Shown piece by piece: positions 9,847 through 20,109 of a stretch of DNA of 64,000 nt (position 1 is the first letter of the stretch; every line of letters starts with the position of its first letter). This stretch comes from Escherichia phage UFV-AREG1. The translations under genes and the position numbers were made by a program. Location of the stretch: sequence record KX009778. One strand, 5' to 3'. The notes beneath the pieces are model-generated. The model did not search any database. It was given only the letters and a program-made list of their open reading frames with translations, and was not told where the DNA came from.

Positions 9847-11015
9847 GTATGTTACAACGTCCTGGATATCCAAATCTCAGCGTTAAATTATTTGAGAGTT
9901 ATGACGCTTGGAGTAATAATAGATTTGTTGAATTAGCTGCTACTATTACCACATTAACTATGCGTGACTCTCTTTATGGTCGAAATGAAGGAATGCTACA
10001 ATTTTATGATTCTAAAAACATTCATACAAAAATGGATGGAAATGAAATAATTCAGATTTCTGTAGCTAATGCAAACGATATTAATAATGTTAAAACACGA
10101 ATTTATGGATGCAAGCATTTTTCCGTGTCAGTAGATTCAAAAGGCGATAACATCATTGCTATTGAATTAGGAACTATTCATTCTATAGAAAATCTTAAAT
10201 TTGGTAGACCATTTTTCCCTGATGCCGGTGAATCTATAAAGGAAATGCTTGGCGTCATTTATCAAGACCGTACATTATTAACGCCAGCGATAAATGCTAT
10301 TAATGCTTATGTTCCTGATATTCCATGGACTAGCACATTTGAAAACTATTTGTCATATGTAAGAGAAGTTGCTCTAGCGGTAGGAAGCGATAAGTTCGTA
10401 TTTGTATGGCAAGACATCATGGGAGTTAACATGATGGACTATGATATGATGATAAATCAAGAACCATATCCAATGATTGTAGGTGAGCCAACTTTAATAG
10501 GTCAATTTGTCCAAGAATTGAAATATCCATTAGCATATGATTTTGTTTGGTTGACTAAATCAAATCCGCATAAACGTGATCCAATGAAAAATGCTACTAT
10601 CTATGCTCATTCATTTTTAGATTCTTCATTACCAATGATTACTACAGGAAAGGGTGAAAACTCTATTGTAGTGTCAAGGTCAGGTGCTTATTCTGAAATG
10701 ACTTATAGAAATGGATATGAAGAAGCTATTCGTCTTCAGACTATGGCGCAGTATGATGGTTACGCTAAATGTTCTACTGTCGGTAATTTTAACTTGACTC
10801 CTGGCGTTAAAATTATTTTTAATGATAGTAAAAACCAATTTAAAACAGAATTTTACGTTGATGAAGTTATTCACGAATTATCAAATAATAATTCCGTAAC
10901 TCATCTTTATATGTTCACTAATGCAACGAAACTGGAAACAATCGACCCAGTTAAGGTTAAAAATGAATTTAAAACTGATACTACCACTGAAGAAAGTAGT
11001 TCTTCCGATAAGTAA
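9843..11015 (+). CDS. 27: Baseplate hub protein gp27
   Basis: 390 aa; ATGA overlap with gene 51 stop. Confidence 0.9.
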   Translation: MSMLQRPGYPNLSVKLFESYDAWSNNRFVELAATITTLTMRDSLYGRNEGMLQFYDSKNIHTKMDGNEIIQISVANANDINNVKTRIYGCKHFSVSVDSKGDNIIAIELGTIHSIENLKFGRPFFPDAGESIKEMLGVIYQDRTLLTPAINAINAYVPDIPWTSTFENYLSYVREVALAVGSDKFVFVWQDIMGVNMMDYDMMINQEPYPMIVGEPTLIGQFVQELKYPLAYDFVWLTKSNPHKRDPMKNATIYAHSFLDSSLPMITTGKGENSIVVSRSGAYSEMTYRNGYEEAIRLQTMAQYDGYAKCSTVGNFNLTPGVKIIFNDSKNQFKTEFYVDEVIHELSNNNSVTHLYMFTNATKLETIDPVKVKNEFKTDTTTEESSSSDK

Positions 11016-11496
11016 TAAAGAAGTTTCTATTCCTAAGATGGGTCTTAAACATTATAACATTTTAAAAGATGTTAAAGGTCCTGATGAAAATTTAAAGCTT
11101 CTTATTGATTCTATTTGTCCAAATTTATCACCGGCAGAAGTTGATTTCGTTTCTATTCATTTATTGGAATTTAATGGAAAGATTAAATCTCGTAAAGAAA
11201 TAGATGGTTATACTTATGATATTAATGACGTTTATGTATGTCAAAGATTGGAATTTCAATACCAAGGAAATACATTTTATTTTAGACCTCCTGGAAAATT
11301 TGAACAATTTTTAACTGTAAGCGATATGTTATCCAAATGCTTGCTTAAGGTCAATGATGAAGTTAAAGAAATTAATTTTCTTGAGATGCCAGCATTTGTT
11401 TTAAAATGGGCAAATGATATTTCTACAACTTTAGCAATTCCTGGCCCTAATGGTCCAATAACCGGAATTGGCAATATTATTGGATTATTTGAATGA
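10963..11496 (+). CDS. 28: Baseplate hub distal subunit gp28
   Basis: 177 aa from internal Met of the 191-aa ORF; overlaps end of gene 27. Confidence 0.75.
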   Translation: MNLKLILPLKKVVLPISNKEVSIPKMGLKHYNILKDVKGPDENLKLLIDSICPNLSPAEVDFVSIHLLEFNGKIKSRKEIDGYTYDINDVYVCQRLEFQYQGNTFYFRPPGKFEQFLTVSDMLSKCLLKVNDEVKEINFLEMPAFVLKWANDISTTLAIPGPNGPITGIGNIIGLFE

Positions 11497-13265
11497 AAAA
11501 GCCACAAGAAATGCAAACGATGCGTAGAAAAGTTATTTCAGATAATAAACCAACACAGGAAGCGGCTAAATCCGCTTCTAATACTTTATCTGGTCTTAAT
11601 GACATTTCTACAAAATTAGATGATGCTCAAGCTGCCTCTGAATTAATAGCTCAGACTGTTGAAGAAAAATCAAATGAAATAGTTGGAGCAATTGATAACG
11701 TTGAAAGCGCAGTAAGTGATACTACTGCCGGTTCTGAGTTAATTGCTGAAACTGTTGAAATTGGAAACAATATTAATAAAGAAATCGGTGAATCGCTCGG
11801 AAGCAAATTAGATAAATTAACAAGTTTACTGGAACAAAAAATTCAGACAGCTGGAATTCAGCAAACTGGAACGAGTTTAGCAGTAGTCGAAAATGCTATT
11901 CCTGTTAAAGTCGTCGAGGATGATACGGCTGAATCTGTGGGTCCTTTATTACCGGCTCCTGAAGCAGTTAATAATGATCCTGATGCTGATTTTTTCCCTA
12001 CTCCTCAGCCAATTGAACCAAAACAAGAGTCTCCAGAAGAGAAGCAAAAAAGAGACGCATTTAACTTAAAATTATCTCAAGCTTTAGATAAATTAACAAA
12101 GACAGTTGATTTCGGATTTAAGAAATCTATTTCAATTACTGATAAAATATCTAGCATGCTATTTAAGTATACCGTCAGTGCTGCTATTGAAGCTGCTAAA
12201 ATGGTTGCATTGATAATGGCTGTTGTTATTGGAATAGACCTGCTGATGGTTCATTTTAAATACTGGTCAGATAAATTTTCAAAAGCCTGGGATTTATTTA
12301 GCACTGATTTTAAAACTTTCTCAAGCGAAACAGGAACTTGGGGCCCTTTATTACAAAGCATCTTTGAATCTATTGATGAAATTAAAAAGTTCTGGGAAGC
12401 TGGAGATTGGGGCGGATTAACAGTAGCTATTGTTGAAGGGCTTGGAAGTGTTCTTTATAATTTAGGAGAGCTTATTCAATTAGGTATGGCTAAATTATCT
12501 GCTGCAATTCTTCGAGTCATTCCTGGCATGAAGGATACTGCTGATGAAGTAGAAGGAAGAGCATTAGAAAATTTCCAAAATTCTACTGGAGCATCTCTTA
12601 ATAAAGAAGACCAAGAAAAAGTAGCAAATTATCAAGATAAACGAATGAATGACGATCTTGGCCCAATAGCAAAAGGATTAGACAAAATTGCGAACTGGAA
12701 AACTCGTGCATCTAACTGGATTCGTGGTGTAGATAATAAAGAAGCATTGACTACTGACGAAGAACGTGCAGCAGAAGAAGAAAAATTAAAACAACTTTCA
12801 CCGGAAGAAAGAAAAAATGCTTTAATGAAAGCTAATGAAGCTCGTGCTGCGATGATTCGTTTTGAAAAATACGCTGATTCAGCTGATATGAGCAAAGACT
12901 CGACAGTTAAATCAATTGAAGCTGCTCATGAAGACCTTAAAAAACGAATGAATGATCCGGATTTAAATAATTCACCAGCGGTTAAAAAAGAACTTGCTTC
13001 TAGATTTGCTAAAATTGATGCCACTTATCAAGAGCTCAAGAAAAATCAACCTGAAGCAAAACCTGAAACTTCTGCTAAATCACCAGAAGCAAAACAGGTC
13101 CAGGTGATTGAAAAGAACAAAGCACAACAAGCTCCTGTTCAACAAGCATCTCCTTCAATCAATAATACTAATAATGTTATTAAGAAAAATACTGTCGTTC
13201 ATAATATGACACCTGTCACAAGCACAACTGCTCCTGGTGTATTTGGTGCGACGGGAGTTAATTAA
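11493..13265 (+). CDS. 29: Baseplate hub / tail length determinator gp29
   Basis: 590 aa; coiled-coil-rich; T4 gp29 length. Confidence 0.9.
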   Translation: MKKPQEMQTMRRKVISDNKPTQEAAKSASNTLSGLNDISTKLDDAQAASELIAQTVEEKSNEIVGAIDNVESAVSDTTAGSELIAETVEIGNNINKEIGESLGSKLDKLTSLLEQKIQTAGIQQTGTSLAVVENAIPVKVVEDDTAESVGPLLPAPEAVNNDPDADFFPTPQPIEPKQESPEEKQKRDAFNLKLSQALDKLTKTVDFGFKKSISITDKISSMLFKYTVSAAIEAAKMVALIMAVVIGIDLLMVHFKYWSDKFSKAWDLFSTDFKTFSSETGTWGPLLQSIFESIDEIKKFWEAGDWGGLTVAIVEGLGSVLYNLGELIQLGMAKLSAAILRVIPGMKDTADEVEGRALENFQNSTGASLNKEDQEKVANYQDKRMNDDLGPIAKGLDKIANWKTRASNWIRGVDNKEALTTDEERAAEEEKLKQLSPEERKNALMKANEARAAMIRFEKYADSADMSKDSTVKSIEAAHEDLKKRMNDPDLNNSPAVKKELASRFAKIDATYQELKKNQPEAKPETSAKSPEAKQVQVIEKNKAQQAPVQQASPSINNTNNVIKKNTVVHNMTPVTSTTAPGVFGATGVN

Positions 13266-13273
13266 GGAATAAT

Positions 13274-14368
13274 ATGGCAATTGTTAAAGAAATAACTGCT
13301 GATTTAATTAAAAAGTCCGGTGAAACAATTTCAGCCGGACAGAGTACTAAATCAGAAGTAGGAACTAAAACATACACAGCCCAGTTTCCAACTGGGCGTG
13401 CTAGTGGTAATGACACTACAGGGGACTTCCAGGTAACAGATCTATATAAGAATGGATTATTATTTACTGCATACAATATGTCATCTAGGGATTCTGGAAG
13501 TCTTAGAACGATGAGATCTAACTACTCTTCTTCATCTTCGAGTATTTTACGTACAGCCAGAAACACTATCAGTAATACAGTATCAAAACTATCAAATGGA
13601 CTAATATCAGATAATAATTCAGGAACAATAAGTAAAGTTCCTGTTGCAAATATTCTTTTACCTAGATCTAAATCTGACGTCGATACGTCATCACATAGAT
13701 TTAATGATGTTCAAGATAGTCTTATTACAAAAGGCGGAGGAACTGCTACGGGCGTATTAAGTAATATGGCTTCAACTGCAGTATTTGGAGCGTTGGAAAG
13801 TATAACACAAGGTATAATGGCTGATAATAATGAACAGATTTATACGACAGCCAGAAGCATGTACGGCGGTGCTGAAAATAGAACTAAAGTGTTCACCTGG
13901 GATTTGACTCCGCGCTCAACAGAAGATTTAATGGCTATTATTAATATCTATCAGTATTTTAACTATTTTTCTTACGGTGAAACTGGTAAATCTCAATATG
14001 CTGCTGAAATAAAAGGATATCTAGATGAGTGGTACCGTTCTACTTTTATTGAGCCGTTAACTCCAGAAGATGCAGTTAAAAATAAGACGTTATTTGAGAA
14101 AATGACATCGAGTTTAACTAACGTTCTTGTAGTTTCAAACCCGACAATTTGGATGGTGAAAAACTTTGGTGCAACATCTAAGTTTGATGGAAAAACGGAA
14201 ATATTCGGTCCATGTCAAATCCAGAGTATCAGATTTGATAAAACACCTAATGGTAACTTTAACGGATTAGCTATTGCTCCAAATCTCCCTAGTACATTTA
14301 CTCTCGAGATTACTATGAGAGAAATTATCACGTTAAACCGTGCTTCTTTATATGCGGGGACTTTTTAA
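13274..14368 (+). CDS. 48: Baseplate tail-tube cap gp48
   Basis: 364 aa; synteny. Confidence 0.88.
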   Translation: MAIVKEITADLIKKSGETISAGQSTKSEVGTKTYTAQFPTGRASGNDTTGDFQVTDLYKNGLLFTAYNMSSRDSGSLRTMRSNYSSSSSSILRTARNTISNTVSKLSNGLISDNNSGTISKVPVANILLPRSKSDVDTSSHRFNDVQDSLITKGGGTATGVLSNMASTAVFGALESITQGIMADNNEQIYTTARSMYGGAENRTKVFTWDLTPRSTEDLMAIINIYQYFNYFSYGETGKSQYAAEIKGYLDEWYRSTFIEPLTPEDAVKNKTLFEKMTSSLTNVLVVSNPTIWMVKNFGATSKFDGKTEIFGPCQIQSIRFDKTPNGNFNGLAIAPNLPSTFTLEITMREIITLNRASLYAGTF

Positions 14369-15333
14369 TGTATTCTTTAGAGGAATTTAATAATCAAGCA
14401 ATAAACGCAGATTTCCAACGTAATAATATGTTTAGCTGCGTTTTTGCAACAACTCCATCAACTAAAAGCTCTTCGTTGATAAGTTCAATTAGCAACTTTT
14501 CTTATAATAACTTGGGCCTAAATTCAGATTGGTTAGGATTAACTCAAGGTGATATTAATCAGGGAATTACCACGCTAATTACAGCTGGCACACAAAAACT
14601 GATAAGAAAATCGGGAGTCAGTAAATATCTTATTGGTGCCATGAGTCAACGTACAGTTCAAAGTTTATTAGGTTCATTTACAGTTGGTACATATTTAATT
14701 GACTTCTTTAACATGGCATATAACGCATCTGGATTGATGATATATTCTGTAAAAATGCCAGAGAATAGATTATCCTATGAAACTGACTGGAACTATAATT
14801 CTCCTAATATTCGTATAACTGGGAGAGAATTAGACCCTTTGGTTATTTCATTTAGAATGGATTCAGAAGCATGTAATTATCGTGCAATGCAAGACTGGGT
14901 TAACGCTGTTCAAGACCCAGTAACTGGACTGCGTGCTTTGCCACAAGATGTCGAGGCAGACATTCAGGTTAATCTTCATGCTCGTAATGGATTACCTCAT
15001 ACTGCTGTGATGTTCACTGGATGCATTCCAGTGTCAGTGAGCGCTCCTGAGTTATCATACGATGGAGATAACCAAATAACTACATTTGATGTTACTTTTG
15101 CATATAGAGTCATGCAGGCTGGAGCGGTTGATAGACAAGCTGCTCTTGAATGGCTTGAATCTGCTACTATAAACGGTATTCAAAGCGTTCTCGGAAATAG
15201 TGGAGGTGTTACTGGACTATCTAATTCGCTTTCACGACTTAGTAGATTAGGAGGAACTGCAGGAAGCATTTCAAACATTAATACTATGACAGGAATTGTC
15301 AATTCGCAAAGTAAAATATTAGGAGCAATATAA
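14368..15333 (+). CDS. 54: Baseplate tail-tube initiator gp54
   Basis: 321 aa; synteny. Confidence 0.88.
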   Translation: MYSLEEFNNQAINADFQRNNMFSCVFATTPSTKSSSLISSISNFSYNNLGLNSDWLGLTQGDINQGITTLITAGTQKLIRKSGVSKYLIGAMSQRTVQSLLGSFTVGTYLIDFFNMAYNASGLMIYSVKMPENRLSYETDWNYNSPNIRITGRELDPLVISFRMDSEACNYRAMQDWVNAVQDPVTGLRALPQDVEADIQVNLHARNGLPHTAVMFTGCIPVSVSAPELSYDGDNQITTFDVTFAYRVMQAGAVDRQAALEWLESATINGIQSVLGNSGGVTGLSNSLSRLSRLGGTAGSISNINTMTGIVNSQSKILGAI

Positions 15334-15337
15334 CAAT

Positions 15338-15368
15338 GGGGACCGAAAGGTCCCCATATTTTTATTTA
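15338..15368. terminator. Bidirectional terminator after gene 54
   Basis: Hairpin ggggacc-gaaa-ggtcccc followed by T-run; A-rich on the other side. Confidence 0.6.
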
Positions 15369-15652
15369 CGGAATGAAATAAAAGCAGCAACTGAAGCAAC
15401 AGAGGTTTCTTCAATATAAACCTCAATTTTTACCGGAGCTTCTGACTCAAATTTACCTGTTACTACACCTTGGAAAATACTTTCAGTCTGTTCTGGCTTT
15501 GAAAAATTTTCAGAAGGAAAAATTCCAAACTTTTTATCGGTTCCGAAAATTTTAATAAATTCATCATAAACTGCTTCATTGAAAGCGTTATCAGCGGGAA
15601 TAACGCCTTCAACGACGAGTTCTTGACCTAAAAAGCGCAAAGAAGATTTCAT
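15362..15652 (-). CDS. Hypothetical protein, alt.-3-like
   Basis: 96-aa ORF with own early promoter. Confidence 0.55.
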   Translation of the reverse strand: MKSSLRFLGQELVVEGVIPADNAFNEAVYDEFIKIFGTDKKFGIFPSENFSKPEQTESIFQGVVTGKFESEAPVKIEVYIEETSVASVAAFISFRK

Positions 15653-15683
15653 TTTGTGTTCCTCATGTTATGTCAGTAAAACT

Positions 15684-15713
15684 ACTATAACACAATACGA
15701 GGGACTTGTAAAC
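15684..15713 (-). promoter_or_regulatory. Early sigma70-type promoter (GTTTACA-17-TATAGT)
   Basis: Minus-strand GTTTACA, 17-bp spacer, TATAGT upstream of ORF 15362..15652. Confidence 0.5.
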
Positions 15714-17770
15714 TACATTTTGAACTTTTTAGACATTCTGTTGATGTTAACCAAAGAAGCTAAGATTTGAGAAACTTCGCTTTCCTCTTCTTTTGATTCT
15801 TCTACAAGGAATTGATTAAATCCAGCCATTGGACGAACTTCACCAGTTTCCATCAGATGGTCGCCATCATATACTGATTCTTCTAATTGTTCAGAAGGAG
15901 GAACGATTGTACCTTCGATTAGATACTTATTATAAGCAGTTTCTTTCATCATGTACGTACTTACTTTATTAATCTTCAGTAAAATTCCACGTGGTAGAAT
16001 AACTTCAGCTTCTGATGGAAATCCTGATAAATGACCCGGAACGATAACTTTAACTCGTTCAGCTCCTTTAATTACCATACCTACATTAGTTTCAGCGTCT
16101 TCATTCGCATATGTAGAATGACTACCCATATGCATTAAATCTTCAGCATCAACTGAACCTTCTCCTTCACCAGAAAATACTGCTCCGGAATCATCTAAGG
16201 CCATATAATTTTTACCATATTCACCGAAGATATTTGGCTTGAGTGAAGTAGATACAAAGTTCTTGAAATAGAACATTTTATTTTCTATATTATGACGCAA
16301 AGTTTTAAAGGTAACTTCTTGCCCACGATAAAGAGTAGTTCCTGGAGGAAGAACTGAACCTTTAGAAAATGCAGAATCCAGCGTCTCAATATGTTTAATA
16401 GCTCGTTCCATATATTCTTCACGGGTAGAATCAGGTTTACCTAAAAGGAATGAGTTCATTTCAACATATGAATCTGCACAATAATCTTCAATTACATCAG
16501 ATTCAGCCTGAGTTAATCCTTTTGGAGTTACTTCAGTGCTTGCATATTCATATGCCTGAGCAGCAGATTCATCAATTAATTTATAAATTCCATTCATTAC
16601 AAATTGAATAATAGCTGTCTTTTCATCTGGTGTAGCTTTAGAACCTTTAACTAAATCATTGATAATTTTCTTAATAACATCAAAACTATTAGAAATATTA
16701 ATGTCAGCAAGATCGCTTAAAATTTTATCAGTTTTATAATCAAAGAATTCTTTATTCTTTAAATATTCTTGAGAACCTTGATATGTTATATCGCTCTGCA
16801 GCTTGATAGATGGATCGCGTAAACGTGCATGGGCCAATGCAATATGATTTCGGAAGCTTTCTAGTTCATAATCGCTAGATTTAAAACGAGAAGCACTTCT
16901 CATACCACCGATAGCTCCTTTGCTAAAGTTTGAACCAATCTGAATAACGCCAGAGTTCATTGATCCTTCTGCTTTATATACCGGAACTTTAGATTCAAAC
17001 TCTTGATATTTCTTAGCAGCGAAGCTATCACCCTGGAGTGAAGCGTCAACAGTAGAATATTGAGCTTGGGCTGCTAATCGACGACTGATTTTAGTTTTCT
17101 GAATAACAGCTTGATCCGTGCGCTTATCATTTTCTAAAGCAATAGAAGCAGCAACAGCAACAGCTTTAGGAACAGCATTACCTGTTTTAACGTCTACATA
17201 AACATCACCAACCTTTGATTCAACTTTTGTGAATAACTCGGTTGAAATAGGAGGTACACCTGGAATGTCTTCTAATTTGGCATTTTTACGGTAAACCATA
17301 ATATATGCGTACTTTTTATCATAATCCCAGATTTCCTTTAAAAGAACATATCGACCTGCTCCTTTAGTACGTACTAAACGGTCAGCAATAACTTGCATTT
17401 GCCGAGCAGCGCCATTTGTTTTACTTTTTAGTACGCGGAATAGGCATGCATCAATTTTATACTGTTTCATTGTTTGAAGAGCAGTATCAAAAACAGCATT
17501 AATGACGCCAATTGGATTTCCACCCAAGTTTTTAAGCTTAACTAATGATAGTTTCTCATTAACACCTATCATTACGATATGCATCATTTTGTCGCCTGGC
17601 TTAACGTTTTTATTCGTATCACCGCCAGAGGTGTATGTACAAAATCTAAATCCAGGAAGCACGCTTTCTTCACCTGCTTGAATAGCAAAAATTTGAGGTA
17701 TTTTATGCTTAGGATTTAAGTTAACAACCGGCGCCGAAGCGCCGTCAAATAATTCTGTAATAAGTTCCAT
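15713..17770 (-). CDS. Alt-family mono-ADP-ribosyltransferase paralogue (685 aa)
   Basis: N-terminus MELITELFD... homologous to adjacent alt; ART motifs YRGQ (Arg), FVSTSL (STS), EAEVILPRG (ExE). Confidence 0.85.
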   Translation of the reverse strand: MELITELFDGASAPVVNLNPKHKIPQIFAIQAGEESVLPGFRFCTYTSGGDTNKNVKPGDKMMHIVMIGVNEKLSLVKLKNLGGNPIGVINAVFDTALQTMKQYKIDACLFRVLKSKTNGAARQMQVIADRLVRTKGAGRYVLLKEIWDYDKKYAYIMVYRKNAKLEDIPGVPPISTELFTKVESKVGDVYVDVKTGNAVPKAVAVAASIALENDKRTDQAVIQKTKISRRLAAQAQYSTVDASLQGDSFAAKKYQEFESKVPVYKAEGSMNSGVIQIGSNFSKGAIGGMRSASRFKSSDYELESFRNHIALAHARLRDPSIKLQSDITYQGSQEYLKNKEFFDYKTDKILSDLADINISNSFDVIKKIINDLVKGSKATPDEKTAIIQFVMNGIYKLIDESAAQAYEYASTEVTPKGLTQAESDVIEDYCADSYVEMNSFLLGKPDSTREEYMERAIKHIETLDSAFSKGSVLPPGTTLYRGQEVTFKTLRHNIENKMFYFKNFVSTSLKPNIFGEYGKNYMALDDSGAVFSGEGEGSVDAEDLMHMGSHSTYANEDAETNVGMVIKGAERVKVIVPGHLSGFPSEAEVILPRGILLKINKVSTYMMKETAYNKYLIEGTIVPPSEQLEESVYDGDHLMETGEVRPMAGFNQFLVEESKEEESEVSQILASLVNINRMSKKFKM

Positions 17771-17773
17771 GAT

Positions 17774-19867
17774 TTATCCTTGAACGAACTTGTAAGGCAT
17801 GTTTGTAATATCTATGCAAGACGCAATAATTCCAAGAGATGATTCTACTTTCTGTTTAATATTTGATGAAACAAATGATGCAAAGTCAACTCTGTCTTCT
17901 ATTTCAATATCACCTGTCATTGCAACCAATTCACCAGTTTCCATTAAATGGTCTCCATCATAGATTACCGATTCGGTGAGCTCTTCCGTGGTCATAACTT
18001 CAGCTTGAATGAGTTTTGTATTATTAGATGTTGTTCCGTCATTATTAGAAGCATCGATTATTTTATTAACTTTGACCATCAATCCACGCGGTAGAATAAC
18101 TTCAGCTTCTGTTGCTATTCCGAGACTTCCTGGATATACAACATTAACTTTATGAGCTCCATCAATTGCCCATCCTATTTGAACTTTAACATATTCAGGA
18201 TTTTCTTTATACGCTCTTATTTCGTTTGGATTAATAGTTATTCCTTCTTCATTTTTATCAACTGTTAATTCATTGCGAGCTCCTGGTTCTAAAAGACCAA
18301 TACCAGCATGTGTGATTCCAAAACGTCCAAAAATGATAGGAGTTAAAGAAGTAGATACAAAATTTCTGAAGTAGAACACTTTATTTTTAACTAACGCTTC
18401 ATATATAGGAGCAGTCATACTTTGAGCACGATAAACTGTAATGCCTTCTGGTATACGGTCACCATTTTCAAAAGCTGAATCTAAGTTATTTATAGCAGAT
18501 TCAATTTCTTTTTCACTCATTACATCATATCGTTCTGGATTGTAACGACCTAAAAGAAGATTATTGATGTCAGTATATCCTGAACCGCAATATTCTCTAA
18601 TGCCACGCTTTTGTGATGGAGTATATTTAGAACCATCGCGGGCAATAGTAATATCAATCATTGGACCAGCACCAATTCCAGAAAAACTGTAAATCATTCG
18701 TTTGAGGAATTTAGTTTTTGCTGCGTTCCAGGAATTTTTAGTTATTTCTTCCCAGACTTCATCTGGTTGTCCTTTACGATTTTTATTATGATTAGCAAGC
18801 CATTTATCTTTATAATCTTCAAAGAATTGATTTACAGCTGCTGCGTATTTCTCTAAACATTTTATTGAAGTAGTTGGTTCATTTTTAATTGCATTAAAAA
18901 TTACTTCTTTAATTTTTTCTGAAACTTCACCGACTTGACTCATTGGAAAGAATTTATAATCATAGTGAAGTTCATCTGCCGTTCCTTCAGCAATAATTTT
19001 TGCTGCCTTTGTTTTAGAAGCTAATGAATTAATTCCAATTTTCATTTCTTCTGCTTCGGGAATTAAAGGTGCAGTAGCTGGTTTATTAAAATTAGCTGCT
19101 GTAGATTCATACTTCTGGAATAATTCACTTTCAAATCTAGAAGATTCCAATGACTGACTTTGTGCAATTGCTCTACGGGAAATTTTAACTTTAACGATTA
19201 CAGCTTGGTCAGAACGTTTATCATTTTCTTGCGCAATAGATGCTGCAATTGCTTCATTTTTAGTTACTTGAGCTCCAGTATCTTTATTGATATAAACATC
19301 ACCGACCTTCGATTCAACTTTAGTAAAGAGTTCAGTGCTAATTTCTGGAACTCCTGGAATGTCTTCTAGTGATACATTTTTGCGATGTATAAGAATATAT
19401 GCATACTTTTTATCATAATCCCAGAGTTCCTTAAGAAGGACGTATCTGCCACCTGAACGACTACGGATAAGTCTATCAGCAATAACTTGAATTTGTCGAG
19501 CTTGGCCAGCAGTTTTAGACTTAAGAATACGAAGCATACAAGCATCAATTTTATACTGACGCATTGTTTGCATTGCAACAGTAAAAACTGAATTGATATA
19601 ATTAATTGGGCTTGGCCCAAGACCTTTCAATTTAGCAATTGAACCTTTAGCAGTTAATGTAAAAGGAACAATATGCATCATTTTATCGCCCATCTTTAAA
19701 TCACGATTAGTATCACCTCCAGATGTATAGGTACATAAACGAAAGCCTGGTTGTTCAATTGCGTCATCGACATGAACTGAAAAAATTTGTGGTATCTTCT
19801 TCTTTGGATTTAAGTTTGTAATCGGAAGAGTAGTATCTTCGTCAAATAATTCTGTAATAAGTTCCAT
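17774..19867 (-). CDS. alt: Alt ADP-ribosyltransferase (packaged, injected ART; 697 aa)
   Basis: ART motifs YRAQ, FVSTSL, EAEVILPRG; adjacent to gene 30 as in T4; late promoter upstream. Confidence 0.85.
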   Translation of the reverse strand: MELITELFDEDTTLPITNLNPKKKIPQIFSVHVDDAIEQPGFRLCTYTSGGDTNRDLKMGDKMMHIVPFTLTAKGSIAKLKGLGPSPINYINSVFTVAMQTMRQYKIDACMLRILKSKTAGQARQIQVIADRLIRSRSGGRYVLLKELWDYDKKYAYILIHRKNVSLEDIPGVPEISTELFTKVESKVGDVYINKDTGAQVTKNEAIAASIAQENDKRSDQAVIVKVKISRRAIAQSQSLESSRFESELFQKYESTAANFNKPATAPLIPEAEEMKIGINSLASKTKAAKIIAEGTADELHYDYKFFPMSQVGEVSEKIKEVIFNAIKNEPTTSIKCLEKYAAAVNQFFEDYKDKWLANHNKNRKGQPDEVWEEITKNSWNAAKTKFLKRMIYSFSGIGAGPMIDITIARDGSKYTPSQKRGIREYCGSGYTDINNLLLGRYNPERYDVMSEKEIESAINNLDSAFENGDRIPEGITVYRAQSMTAPIYEALVKNKVFYFRNFVSTSLTPIIFGRFGITHAGIGLLEPGARNELTVDKNEEGITINPNEIRAYKENPEYVKVQIGWAIDGAHKVNVVYPGSLGIATEAEVILPRGLMVKVNKIIDASNNDGTTSNNTKLIQAEVMTTEELTESVIYDGDHLMETGELVAMTGDIEIEDRVDFASFVSSNIKQKVESSLGIIASCIDITNMPYKFVQG

Positions 19868-19890
19868 GTTATCCTCTCTAGTGTTTATTC

Positions 19891-19898
19891 TATTTATA
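19891..19898 (-). promoter_or_regulatory. Late promoter TATAAATA upstream of alt
   Basis: Minus-strand TATAAATA about 23 nt before alt ATG; RBS gagagg. Confidence 0.5.
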
Positions 19899-19903
19899 AA
19901 ATT

Positions 19904-19921
19904 AAAGGCCCGAAGGCCTTT
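19904..19921 (-). terminator. Hairpin terminator downstream of the 61-aa ORF
   Basis: aaaggcc-cgaa-ggccttt. Confidence 0.45.
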
Positions 19922-19923
19922 AA

Positions 19924-20109
19924 TTAATAGAGAGCTAAAAGAGTACGATATACTTCAAACTTTGGACCTTTTTCATATGGATCAAATCTTTCCGTGAATT
20001 CATCATATGCTAGTTTATCTGGGAATTCAAGAATAACCTGCGATACCGCAGTGGAAACATCTCCACCTTCTTTTTGAGCCACGACAATTGTTTCTAAGTA
20101 AGCTTTCAT
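19924..20109 (-). CDS. Hypothetical small protein
   Basis: 61-aa ORF; start overlaps gene 30 stop (ATGA coupling). Confidence 0.5.
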   Translation of the reverse strand: MKAYLETIVVAQKEGGDVSTAVSQVILEFPDKLAYDEFTERFDPYEKGPKFEVYRTLLALY

